This document shows positions 55,995-64,000 of a stretch of DNA of 64,000 nucleotides, piece by piece (the first letter of the stretch is position 1; each line of letters begins with the position of its first letter). This DNA is from Fibrobacterota bacterium (GTDB taxonomy: Bacteria; Fibrobacterota; Fibrobacteria; UBA11236). Under the pieces are notes generated by a model. The model was not told where the DNA came from. It saw only the letters and a program-made list of their open reading frames with translations, and searched no databases. Position numbers and translations under genes: made by a program. The DNA lies in assembly GCA_947482115.1 (NCBI GenBank), contig CANKII010000001.1:448785-512784 (forward strand). Direction: 5' to 3'.

Positions 55995-57581
55995 TTAAGG
56001 GTTGTATTCCTTCAAAACTTCCTTGTTCATGACCTCCAGTTCAGTGCGTCGGTTGAACTTGCGTCCTTCGGCGGTACGGTTATCCGCCTTGGGTCGTGTG
56101 AACCCGTAACCTTTTGCGGTCAAGTGGCCATTAAGGGAAGGTTCAGTCTGTCCCATATACCGCATCACGGCTTCCGCCCGGCCTTGACTCAACCCCATGT
56201 TATAATCCGCGCCTCCCACATTATCCGTGTGGCCAGCCACCTCAATTTGAAGTTTGGGGTATTTGACAAGCATCTTGGCAATAATGTTGAGGTAGGGTTT
56301 GGAATTGATCGAGATTTCCGTTTTGCCGGTTTCGAAGTAAACCGCATCCAGCAACAGCAGGCCCGTGCTTAACAATTGCTTTTCAGCCTCGGATCGCTTT
56401 GAGCGCTCTTCAGCAAGCGAAGCCTGCGAAGCGGCAAGACTGGAGGCAAGGTTGATGGAATCCTGGCGTGCCTTGGCCGCAATGGAATCGGCGATGGCTT
56501 TTTGCCTGGCCTGTTTCATCGCATCCGCAAAAGCCAGGCTGTCCTTGGACTCCTCGGCGTTTCTGGCCCGGTTTTTCAGCGCGATTCTGTCCAGTGAATC
56601 CTGACGCGCCTTTTCGGCCTCCTGAAGCTTTCTCTCGGCCTGCGTATCATAGGAAATGCTTACGGAAGCGAAAGCCCTCCACGGTTCCAGCGCCCTGTCC
56701 GGAGCGCTCCGATCCTTGGACAGCGAAAAGTCCGCCCCTAATCCAACGTTTAAATGCGCTGGGGTTCGGAAGGTCACGGAAGGCGTTGCCCACAGGGGAT
56801 CGGTGCTGAGGGGTTTGGCCAGGAAAGTGCGGCTGTTTATTTCCGCTCCCAGAACGAGGGGGGGCATCACGATGAATTGTGCGCCCACTCCTGTAACCAG
56901 CAGAACGTCCTTGCCGGACTCAAAGGAGGAAACCACGCCCTCATTTAAATGAAGCTTGATCCCCATGTCTTCACCAGCAAAAACAAAGGATTGAACCAGC
57001 CGGGCCATCACATCGGTGCCCTTGCGGGTTTCAAAATAATTGTAGCCGTCCGCGCGATTCGTGTTGATTTGACTTCCGGCGATTCCGAACAGGGTCGCAA
57101 CCTGCAGCCCCAAATGCACGGGGACATTTTCAGGAAGGGGAAGGCTCCCTTGTGCTCCTAAAACGGCGGTTCCCGCTCCCGTTCCATTATCCGTGCTGTT
57201 GCGGATGTTATAAGCACCGAGGCCCACGAATCCATCGATGTAGGGATTAATCCCCAAAGCCGATCCAAAAGTGGCCGTGGTGATTTGTCCGTTCTTGGAA
57301 GGCGCGAGCGGCTCCGTTTTGGATTGCTGATAAAAATTCCCCCGCAATTGCATGCCCAGTCGTCCCGCCCCCAGCGGCTCCGCAGAAATGACGTTTGTCA
57401 TGCCCGGGGTTCCGTAGGGGGTGGTCGTAGGCTCCATGATCTGGGACATTGGCGCGGATCCGTATTTGGCGGGTGCGGGAGGCTGATCTAACGTGTCCTG
57501 TGATCTGACGGTTTGCAGGGACAGGATGAGAAGGGAAACGATGGCAACAAGAAAGCGGATAGAACAGTTTTTGAATAACAT
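55995..57581 (-). CDS. OmpA-family outer-membrane protein (N-terminal barrel, coiled-coil linker, C-terminal OmpA peptidoglycan-binding domain)
   Basis: Signal peptide; C-terminal LQIEVAGHTDNVGGADYNMGLSQGRAEAV OmpA_C motif; Ala/Lys/Gln-rich linker. Confidence 0.8.
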   Translation of the reverse strand: MLFKNCSIRFLVAIVSLLILSLQTVRSQDTLDQPPAPAKYGSAPMSQIMEPTTTPYGTPGMTNVISAEPLGAGRLGMQLRGNFYQQSKTEPLAPSKNGQITTATFGSALGINPYIDGFVGLGAYNIRNSTDNGTGAGTAVLGAQGSLPLPENVPVHLGLQVATLFGIAGSQINTNRADGYNYFETRKGTDVMARLVQSFVFAGEDMGIKLHLNEGVVSSFESGKDVLLVTGVGAQFIVMPPLVLGAEINSRTFLAKPLSTDPLWATPSVTFRTPAHLNVGLGADFSLSKDRSAPDRALEPWRAFASVSISYDTQAERKLQEAEKARQDSLDRIALKNRARNAEESKDSLAFADAMKQARQKAIADSIAAKARQDSINLASSLAASQASLAEERSKRSEAEKQLLSTGLLLLDAVYFETGKTEISINSKPYLNIIAKMLVKYPKLQIEVAGHTDNVGGADYNMGLSQGRAEAVMRYMGQTEPSLNGHLTAKGYGFTRPKADNRTAEGRKFNRRTELEVMNKEVLKEYNP

Positions 57582-57769
57582 GACTCCTCCTTTGTTAATA
57601 CATCACCAACAATTAATCTATGCGATTAAAAAACTTTGGCAAGATATTTTTTGATTTTATTTTATGTAACTATTTATTACTGATACAACCCGGACAGAAA
57701 TCCGCTGCTGATATTCCTACTCCACCGCCACCAAAAACAAATGTCCCTGCGGCGGGACTCCCTATCGTC

Positions 57770-57818
57770 CAATAAAGATCAAAAGTCTGTTTCAGGCATC
57801 AGACCCGAAACAGACTTT
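57770..57818 (-). terminator. Rho-independent terminator downstream of lipoprotein gene
   Basis: AAAGTCTGTTTC-13 nt loop-GAAACAGACTTT 12-bp stem followed on minus strand by TTGATCTTTATT. Confidence 0.6.
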
Positions 57819-57830
57819 TCTCTCCCGGCT

Positions 57831-58658
57831 TTAATCCTCCTGTGTTTCATCACCTCCGTTGCATTTGATGTGATGGATTTTCCCTTTTCCAATGACAATC
57901 ACTTCGGCCATGCCTGCGCCCTTGAAAGTGATGTCCAGAGAAAAATCACCCCGCTCCATGTGTATTACTCCATCGCTGGGGAATCCAAAACCCACGACAA
58001 AGCTTCCCAGAAAAATGAATGGGCGCTTCACCTTTTTAAAGGACCCATTCTTAAACTCGGCGCCGTTAAAGGTGCCGGTGATGGTTCCGCTCCATTCCGC
58101 TCCCGTTCTGACCCCGTTGTCAAATATCCACGTTAGAGTCGCGTTGATTTGGACCTCTATATCCACGGCCCCGTTGACCTTGACCACATGCCGGTCATGT
58201 TTAATGGTGACGGCCTGAAACGGATGGAACGTCGTCATGTAATTTCCCAGGGAATCCGTAAGCCAGATGGAATCCTGGCGCTCCCGGGTGAACGTTTTTC
58301 CGCTGGCGTTCGTAAAGGTGAATTGGGCGTCTCGCACGAAACATTTGCAGGTATCGTTGTAGTGAAGCCGGTGGATAACGATCTCTCCAGTGACCGTATC
58401 CGTGTCGGCAGTTTCTTTAGCGGAACCTTGGGCGGTGAACATTTGCCCCATGTTAATGGTTTCCTGGTTCATGAAACTGCTGGCTCCGTCGGATTGGTAG
58501 TCACCGCTGACACTGGTGGACGACATACAGCCTGTCAACGCGAAACAGGTCATTGCCACCACAATGGACGTTCTGAATAAATGGCTGAAAGAAGTTGACG
58601 TTTTCATGGATTTCCTCCTTTGTTTTCGAGCACAAACGGCCTCGAAGAGGTCACCCAT
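57831..58658 (-). CDS. hypothetical lipoprotein
   Basis: Signal peptide with lipobox LTGCMSS; 275 aa beta-rich; no family recognised. Confidence 0.45.
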   Translation of the reverse strand: MGDLFEAVCARKQRRKSMKTSTSFSHLFRTSIVVAMTCFALTGCMSSTSVSGDYQSDGASSFMNQETINMGQMFTAQGSAKETADTDTVTGEIVIHRLHYNDTCKCFVRDAQFTFTNASGKTFTRERQDSIWLTDSLGNYMTTFHPFQAVTIKHDRHVVKVNGAVDIEVQINATLTWIFDNGVRTGAEWSGTITGTFNGAEFKNGSFKKVKRPFIFLGSFVVGFGFPSDGVIHMERGDFSLDITFKGAGMAEVIVIGKGKIHHIKCNGGDETQED

Positions 58659-58893
58659 AAATTATGCGGCAATAGTCCCAAGAGCAAGTCAATTTATGGT
58701 CAGTATTTATTTCGAATAACAATTTTTACAATATTACGGAATCGTTACAGAAAAAATGTCCCTTGGAAAAGGATTCCGACGTCCATAAAAAAATCCCTCG
58801 AATGTTTGTGATGTGGAAAAGATCAACCTGACATAAAAAAAGCTGCGTACATTAAAAGAGACGGAAGGATTGAGACACAAAAAGGAGGAGATT

Positions 58894-59361
58894 ATGAAAA
58901 ACCTGATTTTGTGTTTGGCATGTGTTTTGACGATGGCAATTCCTTCAACTGCCAGTGGAGATTTTGGACTGGGAATCATCCTTGGAGCTCCATCGGGGAT
59001 TTCGGCCAAAATTGCCACAGGCCAGACAAACTCTGTAAACCTGATTCTGGGATATGATCTGAACGACGGCCCCGGCTGCTGTCGCGACAATGGCCAGCTC
59101 TACATCGGCGGAGATTATGTGTGGTACAACTACAATCTCATCCGCGTATCGAAAGGAAGGCTTCCGCTTTATTACGGCCCCGGTGCTAATGCCTCGTTTT
59201 CAAACAATTCGAGGGTGGGTGTGCGCGGTGTGATTGGGCTTGAATATCAATTCTCGGGAGCCCCTTTTGACGTGTTTCTGGAAATAGCACCCGGAATCAA
59301 CGTAATGCCCAGCACTCACGGGTATGTCTCAGGAGGGCTCGGCTCCCGATTCTTCTTCTAG
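58894..59361 (+). CDS. small outer-membrane beta-barrel protein (OmpW/OmpA-TM-like)
   Basis: RBS AAAGGAGGAG 6 nt upstream; signal peptide MKNLILCLACVLTMAIPSTASG; alternating beta-strands; C-terminal RFFF. Confidence 0.5.
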   Translation: MKNLILCLACVLTMAIPSTASGDFGLGIILGAPSGISAKIATGQTNSVNLILGYDLNDGPGCCRDNGQLYIGGDYVWYNYNLIRVSKGRLPLYYGPGANASFSNNSRVGVRGVIGLEYQFSGAPFDVFLEIAPGINVMPSTHGYVSGGLGSRFFF

Positions 59362-59372
59362 TCCAGTTTGGA

Positions 59373-60068
59373 TCAAGCAAAGACGAGAATATTCCTGCGT
59401 GCTTCGAGCCTTTTCTCCATGGCTTTGGCTCGTGGGAAAAGCACTTCGATTTCCAGCTTGGCGTGCAGGAGCAGGCGGTTTTTAAAATCGCTCATCTCAT
59501 CCTTTAAACTACCCGTGTTCAATGCCAGCTGGTCCAAATGCTGCTCATAAACATGCCCCAAACTCGCGATCATGGTTGCTGAAATTTGGTGGGTCGGATG
59601 AAATTCAGATTCCAAATTGAGGGTGCAAACATCCTCAAGGCGGAGGATATAGGGGAAAACATGCTCCTCCTCCTCATGCATGTGTTCCAAAAATGATTCT
59701 GCAAAGGATTTGAATGTTTGGTATGCGAATTTCATTCCAAAAGAATTCGGCAGTTCAGACGAATCTTGCCGGGAAAAAAGCCTGTCCAGAATGGGAATAT
59801 CTTCATCCCGAAACTGGCGGTGTTCCGCATTAAGAAAATCCACAATGCGATAGGAACGCTCCCGATTCCAATCCGAGTCAGATGATGGAACAGGCATTGT
59901 CTCAGCCACACGGAGCAATTCCGCAAAATCGGTTCCTGTTTCACGGCAAAAGGATTCCACCGTCATGTCGAGATGATTCCAAAAAGAATGACCTGTAGTC
60001 TCCAGCAATTCTATCACAATGGGACGCTGGCGTATGAGTTTGGAAAGGGAAGCGTTTTCTGAAAACAT
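59373..60068 (-). CDS. hemerythrin-like di-iron protein, RIC/YtfE/ScdA-like (iron-sulfur cluster repair) candidate
   Basis: N-terminal ScdA_N-like segment (LIRQRPIVIELLETTGHSFWNHLDMTV...FAELL) plus His/Glu-rich HHE-type motifs (NAEHRQFRDED, LEHMHEEEEHVFPYIL, LGHVYEQHLDQ); start ATG 60068 after AAGGAGG. Confidence 0.5.
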   Translation of the reverse strand: MFSENASLSKLIRQRPIVIELLETTGHSFWNHLDMTVESFCRETGTDFAELLRVAETMPVPSSDSDWNRERSYRIVDFLNAEHRQFRDEDIPILDRLFSRQDSSELPNSFGMKFAYQTFKSFAESFLEHMHEEEEHVFPYILRLEDVCTLNLESEFHPTHQISATMIASLGHVYEQHLDQLALNTGSLKDEMSDFKNRLLLHAKLEIEVLFPRAKAMEKRLEARRNILVFA

Positions 60069-60388
60069 GGGACACCCTCCTTTCGGGAATATACTGTGCT
60101 TCGGAAAGCATTGCAATTAAAAGGGACGTCAAAATACTTGGCAAAAAACTGTCCCATAATTTCTGAATCACGCGTCTCTCCCACATGTTGAGATCCTTGC
60201 GGTACAGCTTAAGCGGCCGTAGTTATTGGGGTTGTTACGATCCGTAATAAAACAGAATCAACAGAAACCCAAACATTGCAACACGCTCATATCAAATCTC
60301 CTGATATTTATGATATGAGGACTGACAGTCATTTAATCCGGGAGATCCACATGCCGCCATAAGTTGACGGAAAACAAAGGAGATGAAC

Positions 60389-61792
60389 ATGAAACGGCAA
60401 GCTTTTTTTCTCACACTATCCCTTCTTGTAACCCTGTCGCTGCCCCAGGAGAATTATTCAACTTGGGCTTATCACAAAAATCTCATTCTGAACACATCCG
60501 GATCGGGGGCAAACGTCATGAGCGATGTTTACAATTTCCCCGTGTTAGTCCGTCTGGGAGTCTCTGATGCCGCCATCTTCACACAAGCTGTTGGAAATGG
60601 AAAAGACATCCGGTTCACCAAACGGGACAATGTCACCCGTTTGCCACATCAGCTGGAGCTTTGGGATGTTGCGAATAAATCTGCAGCTATTTGGGTGCTG
60701 GTGGATACCATTCACGGAAACGTGAGCAACCAATCGATCCGAGTGCATTGGGGGCAGGGAGCCGCCCAAGACAGTTCCAACGGGGCGGCAGTTTTTGACA
60801 CGGGCAGGGGTTTTCAGGCGGTATGGCACATGGATGGAAACGCCCCGGCAAGCGATGAACCCGATGCCACAAAAAACGGATTCACTGCCGCTCAAAATTC
60901 GAATCCCGCCTCGGTATCGGGAATGATTGCAGGAGCACGCAACTTTGATGGAAGCTTCAATTATTTTTCGACTACAAACACGGCCAGTGGTCCATTGAAT
61001 TTCCCTCAAAACGGTCGCTATACAATTTCCGCATGGGTCAACGCGGTGGCGTTTACTGCCCACGGGGTTGTCGTTTCCAAGCATGACCGGCAATATGCGC
61101 TGAAACTCAATAACGGCAACAGTTGGGAATTTTTCGAGTTTGAGGACGCATCCGGATGGAATGCCGTGTCTTATCCTCCAGCGGACGCCCAGGGAACATG
61201 GGAATACCTGACCGGAGTATGGGATGGATTCAATGCTTACCTGTATATCAACGGCATTCAGGTGGGCAACAGTCCGAACCTCACGAGTAGCACGAATGCA
61301 AGGGTTACGAACACGAATGTGACCATAGGGCGCCAGAACGAAAGCGCCAATCGGTATTTCATGGGGCTTATGGATGAAGTTCGGATGGCCAGTGTTTCAA
61401 GGGATTCCAACTGGGTCCGGTTGGAATTTCAGAATCAGCAGGCCAATCAAACCCTGGCATCCCTTTCAGATACCATTCCAACCGGTATTGGGAGACCTCC
61501 GCTTTTGACCGCATCTGAGCCACGCCTCTCAATCGATTTACAGAGTGGCAGTCTCATTGTCCGCATGCAAAAAAGCGATGCTTTAAAGGTTCGTCTGCTG
61601 ATGATGGACGCTCAAGGCCGGACAATCTGGAATCAAACCGTTGGAATGAGTCCGGGAATGAACCGGATCACCTGGAATCGACAGCTTGGTAACGAAAGGG
61701 TGACAGGGATTTGTCTTTTACAAGCCACTTTCCTGGACGCAAAAAAAAGAACGATTTCAATCGTCGAAAGGAAAATTCCGTTTATCCGGTAG
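60389..61792 (+). CDS. secreted DUF2341 + LamG/concanavalin-like domain protein with probable T9SS C-terminal domain
   Basis: Signal peptide MKRQAFFLTLSLLVTLSLPQ; DUF2341-like N-domain (WAYHKNLILNTSG...DIRFTKRDN...LELWD); LamG_3 motifs (QAVWHMDGN...GLMDEVRMASVSR); C-terminal ~85 aa beta-sandwich tail. Confidence 0.55.
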   Translation: MKRQAFFLTLSLLVTLSLPQENYSTWAYHKNLILNTSGSGANVMSDVYNFPVLVRLGVSDAAIFTQAVGNGKDIRFTKRDNVTRLPHQLELWDVANKSAAIWVLVDTIHGNVSNQSIRVHWGQGAAQDSSNGAAVFDTGRGFQAVWHMDGNAPASDEPDATKNGFTAAQNSNPASVSGMIAGARNFDGSFNYFSTTNTASGPLNFPQNGRYTISAWVNAVAFTAHGVVVSKHDRQYALKLNNGNSWEFFEFEDASGWNAVSYPPADAQGTWEYLTGVWDGFNAYLYINGIQVGNSPNLTSSTNARVTNTNVTIGRQNESANRYFMGLMDEVRMASVSRDSNWVRLEFQNQQANQTLASLSDTIPTGIGRPPLLTASEPRLSIDLQSGSLIVRMQKSDALKVRLLMMDAQGRTIWNQTVGMSPGMNRITWNRQLGNERVTGICLLQATFLDAKKRTISIVERKIPFIR

Positions 61793-62062
61793 ACCGGGTT
61801 ATGCTCCTGTGCGAAGGGTTGTTGCAAACCGGCTCTTCGCATGAAGATGTTTTGCCACAGGGACTTAGGATGACGGCTTAACGTATCCTTTTGAAATCCG
61901 GATGCAACATGGATTACAGGCCGGATACAAAACCTGATTTTCCAAAAAACCTGCTGCCGTTTTTAAAACAGTTGGATATTATACAGGAAAGTTCGGTTTC
62001 CCTGGAATTAGGGAAAGTAAAACCCACCTTGTTGCTCAACATTAAACGCTGGGGTAATCGTT

Positions 62063-62506
62063 ATGTTGAAAGTTCAGGACAAATTCGGAAACGCTAAAAT
62101 ATCCGAACGTAGAGTGGATCCGGATCCGGCGCCCGAAATGTTCACCTTCAAAGATGTCCTGCAATCCAAACGATCCTCCATAACGCTCTACGAAGGCGAG
62201 AACGAATTTTTGTTGTCGGCGGACCTGAAAGGCTGTCATAAAAAGAATCTGGATATTCACTTTGGTTGCGAGACTTTAATGCTTTCGGGTTACCGAAAAT
62301 CGCCTGAAGAAAAATTCGAGAAATGCATTCGTTTTGAGGCACCCATTCAAAAGAAGGGCATGCGGGCGTGGTTTTCAAAAAACCTTCTTCTGGTGAGTTT
62401 ACCCAAGGCCAAGAACGTGCCGGTTGAAAGAGAAATTAAAGGGCGGGCCATTCCGTCGCATCTGAATGAAATCATTCAGAGAAAACCGGAGATGGTGGCG
62501 ATATAG
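62063..62506 (+). CDS. Hsp20/alpha-crystallin family small heat-shock protein
   Basis: ACD pattern ...ITLYEGENEFLLSADLKGCHKKNLDIHFGCETLMLSGYR...RFEAP...AWFSKNLLLVSLPK. Confidence 0.8.
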   Translation: MLKVQDKFGNAKISERRVDPDPAPEMFTFKDVLQSKRSSITLYEGENEFLLSADLKGCHKKNLDIHFGCETLMLSGYRKSPEEKFEKCIRFEAPIQKKGMRAWFSKNLLLVSLPKAKNVPVEREIKGRAIPSHLNEIIQRKPEMVAI

Positions 62507-62520
62507 AAAAGGCCGATTGG

Positions 62521-63657
62521 TTACTCCTCGACCTTCATCCAACTCCTCAGTAACTGATCCTTCCATACCTCAAACGTCCCATCCAAAATCTGCTGCCGCG
62601 CCACCCGCATCAAGTCCTGATAGAAATGCAGACTGTGCAGCGTCGCCAGTTCCAGCGCCAGAATTTCTCCGGAAACAAAAATATGCCGCAGATAGGCCCG
62701 TGAGAAATTACGACAGCAATAACACGAGCAATCCGGATCAACAGGCATATCCAGCTCCTTCGCATGCCGCGCCGCCTTATAATGAAAAGGCCCATTCCAT
62801 GTGAATACGGTTCCATGCCGCGCGGCGCGCGTGGGGAGAACGCAGTCGAACATGTCGATGCCCCGGGAAATTAATTCCAGCAAATTGGCTGGTGTGCCCA
62901 CGCCCATCACATAACGCGGTTTGTTGGTGGGCATCAAATTCGTGGAAAAGTCGGCTACGGAATACATCTCTTCAGCCGGTTCACCGACAGAAAGGCCGCC
63001 CAGCGCATAACCTGGCAGATCCAGTTTGATCAAATGTTCAATGGCTTTGGCCCGCAATTCCTCGTGCATTCCGCCCTGCGCGATGCCGAAGAAATATTGC
63101 GGATAGCCGTGCATCTCCGGATGATCCTTTAGCCATGTCACAGCGCGTTCATGCCAGCGCTGCGTCAGCTCAAGACTTTTCACTGCCACGTCCTTCGTAG
63201 CTGGATAGGGAGTGCATTCGTCGAAGGCCATGAAAATATCCGCACCAAGTTTGCGCTGTGCTTCCATCACACTTTCCGGCGTGAACATGTGTTTCGAGCC
63301 ATCGAGATGGGAGCGGAACTCCACACCTTTTTCTGTCAGCTTGCGCAAAGTTTCCAGACTCCATACCTGAAACCCGCCCGAGTCGGTGAGCATGGCATGC
63401 GGCCAGCTGGCGAAGCGATGCAGTCCTCCGGCTTGGGCCACGAGATCGCAACCGGGACGGAGATACAGGTGATAGGTGTTTCCAAGAATTAATCGCGCGC
63501 CCGTGTCCGCCACATCGCGCGGGGAAACGGCCTTGACCGCACCCGCGGTGCCTACTGGCATGAACACTGGTGTTTGAATGGTGGCATGAGCGGTATGCAA
63601 TGTACCCGCGCGCGCCTTGCTTGCGGAAGACGTTTTCTCGAGATTGAAAAAGCTCAT
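62521..63657 (-). CDS. tgt: queuine tRNA-ribosyltransferase
   Basis: 378 aa; TPVFMPVGTAGAVK, catalytic Asp regions, zinc site CSCYCC...H; 3' end carries right copy of 38-bp direct repeat. Confidence 0.9.
   Translation of the reverse strand: MSFFNLEKTSSASKARAGTLHTAHATIQTPVFMPVGTAGAVKAVSPRDVADTGARLILGNTYHLYLRPGCDLVAQAGGLHRFASWPHAMLTDSGGFQVWSLETLRKLTEKGVEFRSHLDGSKHMFTPESVMEAQRKLGADIFMAFDECTPYPATKDVAVKSLELTQRWHERAVTWLKDHPEMHGYPQYFFGIAQGGMHEELRAKAIEHLIKLDLPGYALGGLSVGEPAEEMYSVADFSTNLMPTNKPRYVMGVGTPANLLELISRGIDMFDCVLPTRAARHGTVFTWNGPFHYKAARHAKELDMPVDPDCSCYCCRNFSRAYLRHIFVSGEILALELATLHSLHFYQDLMRVARQQILDGTFEVWKDQLLRSWMKVEE
62558..62595. repeat. 38-bp direct repeat, right copy (inside tgt 3' end)
   Basis: TCCTTCCATACCTCAAACGTCCCATCCAAAATCTGCTG. 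Confidence 0.8.
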
Positions 63658-64000
63658 GTTTGATACAACAGGGGCAAGGCTTCGGACAATTTCTTCACTG
63701 GATGTAATTCCATTTCTTTAATTCGCAACCTTGCAGAATCTCCTTCGGGAACTACGGCGGCGTGAAATCCCAAACGTGCAGCTTCGCGCAATCGCGCTTC
63801 CAATTGCGGCACATGACGCAACTCGCCGTTCAATCCAAGTTCGCCCACTGCCAGCGTCGCGGGAATGCTGCGTCGTCCCAAATGGTTTCCGGCCACGGCA
63901 GCTGCCACGGCCAAATCTACGGCGGGTTCATCGACGCGAATTCCTCCAGCCATGTTTACGAAGACATCTTGCATGCCGATTTCCACGCCCGCGAATTTTT
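63654..64000 (-). CDS. radA: DNA repair protein RadA (C-terminal Lon-protease-like domain; gene continues beyond window end)
   Basis: ...DVFVNMAGGIRVDEPAVDLAVAAAVAG...AVGELGLNGELRHVPQLEARLREAARLGFHAAVVP matches RadA C-terminal domain; 4-nt overlap with tgt. Confidence 0.8.
   Translation of the reverse strand, partial: KFAGVEIGMQDVFVNMAGGIRVDEPAVDLAVAAAVAGNHLGRRSIPATLAVGELGLNGELRHVPQLEARLREAARLGFHAAVVPEGDSARLRIKEMELHPVKKLSEALPLLYQT

Larger units (their letters stand above)
55479..62595. mobile_element. candidate ~7.1 kb integrated island at tgt 3' end bounded by 38-bp direct repeats (no integrase visible; possibly degenerate)
   Basis: Direct repeats at both ends, displaced tgt 3' remnant at distal end, lower apparent GC and AT-rich intergenic regions inside, cargo of envelope/stress genes (OmpA, lipoprotein, barrel, RIC, DUF2341-LamG, Hsp20). 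Confidence 0.35.

Noticed and set aside
57614-57642. Possible sigma70-like promoter (TTGCCA-16 nt-TAGATT) upstream of ompA-family gene
   Set aside because: Plausible but unverifiable from sequence alone; FCB-group promoters often use a different consensus (TTG...TAnnTTTG), so not reported as a feature
61891-62062. Searched upstream of Hsp20 for CIRCE/sigma32-type heat-shock elements
   Set aside because: No convincing match to CIRCE (TTAGCACTC-N9-GAGTGCTAA) or CTTGAAA/CCCCAT sigma32 consensus
1-64000. Looked for CRISPR arrays, tRNA/rRNA genes, integrase/transposase/toxin-antitoxin or restriction-modification genes
   Set aside because: No regularly spaced direct repeats, no tRNA-like T-loop/acceptor patterns in intergenic regions, and no ORF with recombinase, nuclease or methyltransferase (other than RNA MTases trmB/trmH) signatures were found

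Overview
This is a 64 kb bacterial chromosomal window, about 55% GC, densely coding, with no rRNA, tRNA or CRISPR detected. The first 45 kb are mostly housekeeping genes. These include mutL, an Rrf2 regulator followed by cysH, cysK, a ThiF-like enzyme and a TauE exporter, then hslO, dnaX and ybaB. A heme operon (hemX-like, hemA, hemC, hemD, hemL) is followed by rdgB, leuS, der, plsY, trmB, gatB, rho, birA, and at the far end tgt and radA. Several secreted or outer-membrane proteins carry T9SS-type C-terminal sorting domains, including three tandem paralogous cargo genes at 25.4-31.8 kb, which points to an FCB-superphylum organism. From about 45.9 kb onward the content is accessory: outer-membrane barrels, lipoproteins, an AraC regulator, a PQQ-type dehydrogenase, a SnoaL tandem, an OmpA protein, a RIC-like protein and Hsp20.

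The most interesting observations are these. (1) A structured GC-rich composite palindromic repeat of about 125-150 bp (outer CCTCACCCC/GGGGTGAGG arms enclosing two CCCCTCTCCC-loop-GGGAGAGGGG hairpins) occurs three times. Two copies are intergenic and one is inserted in frame inside the dnaX linker. (2) Immediately upstream of that dnaX copy there is an A10 run with a -1-frame stop two codons downstream, the expected signature of a tau/gamma programmed frameshift or transcriptional-slippage site. The repeat sits where a stimulatory hairpin would be. (3) A 38-bp direct repeat lies at the 3' end of tgt (62558..62595) and again 7.1 kb away (55479..55516), where it is followed by a diverged tgt 3'-end remnant. 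This brackets a lower-GC stress and envelope cargo segment, the signature of an integrated island without a visible integrase. (4) There are several short shared palindromes, including a mirrored convergent terminator shared by SprT and trmB and a 22-nt motif after both cysK and rho.
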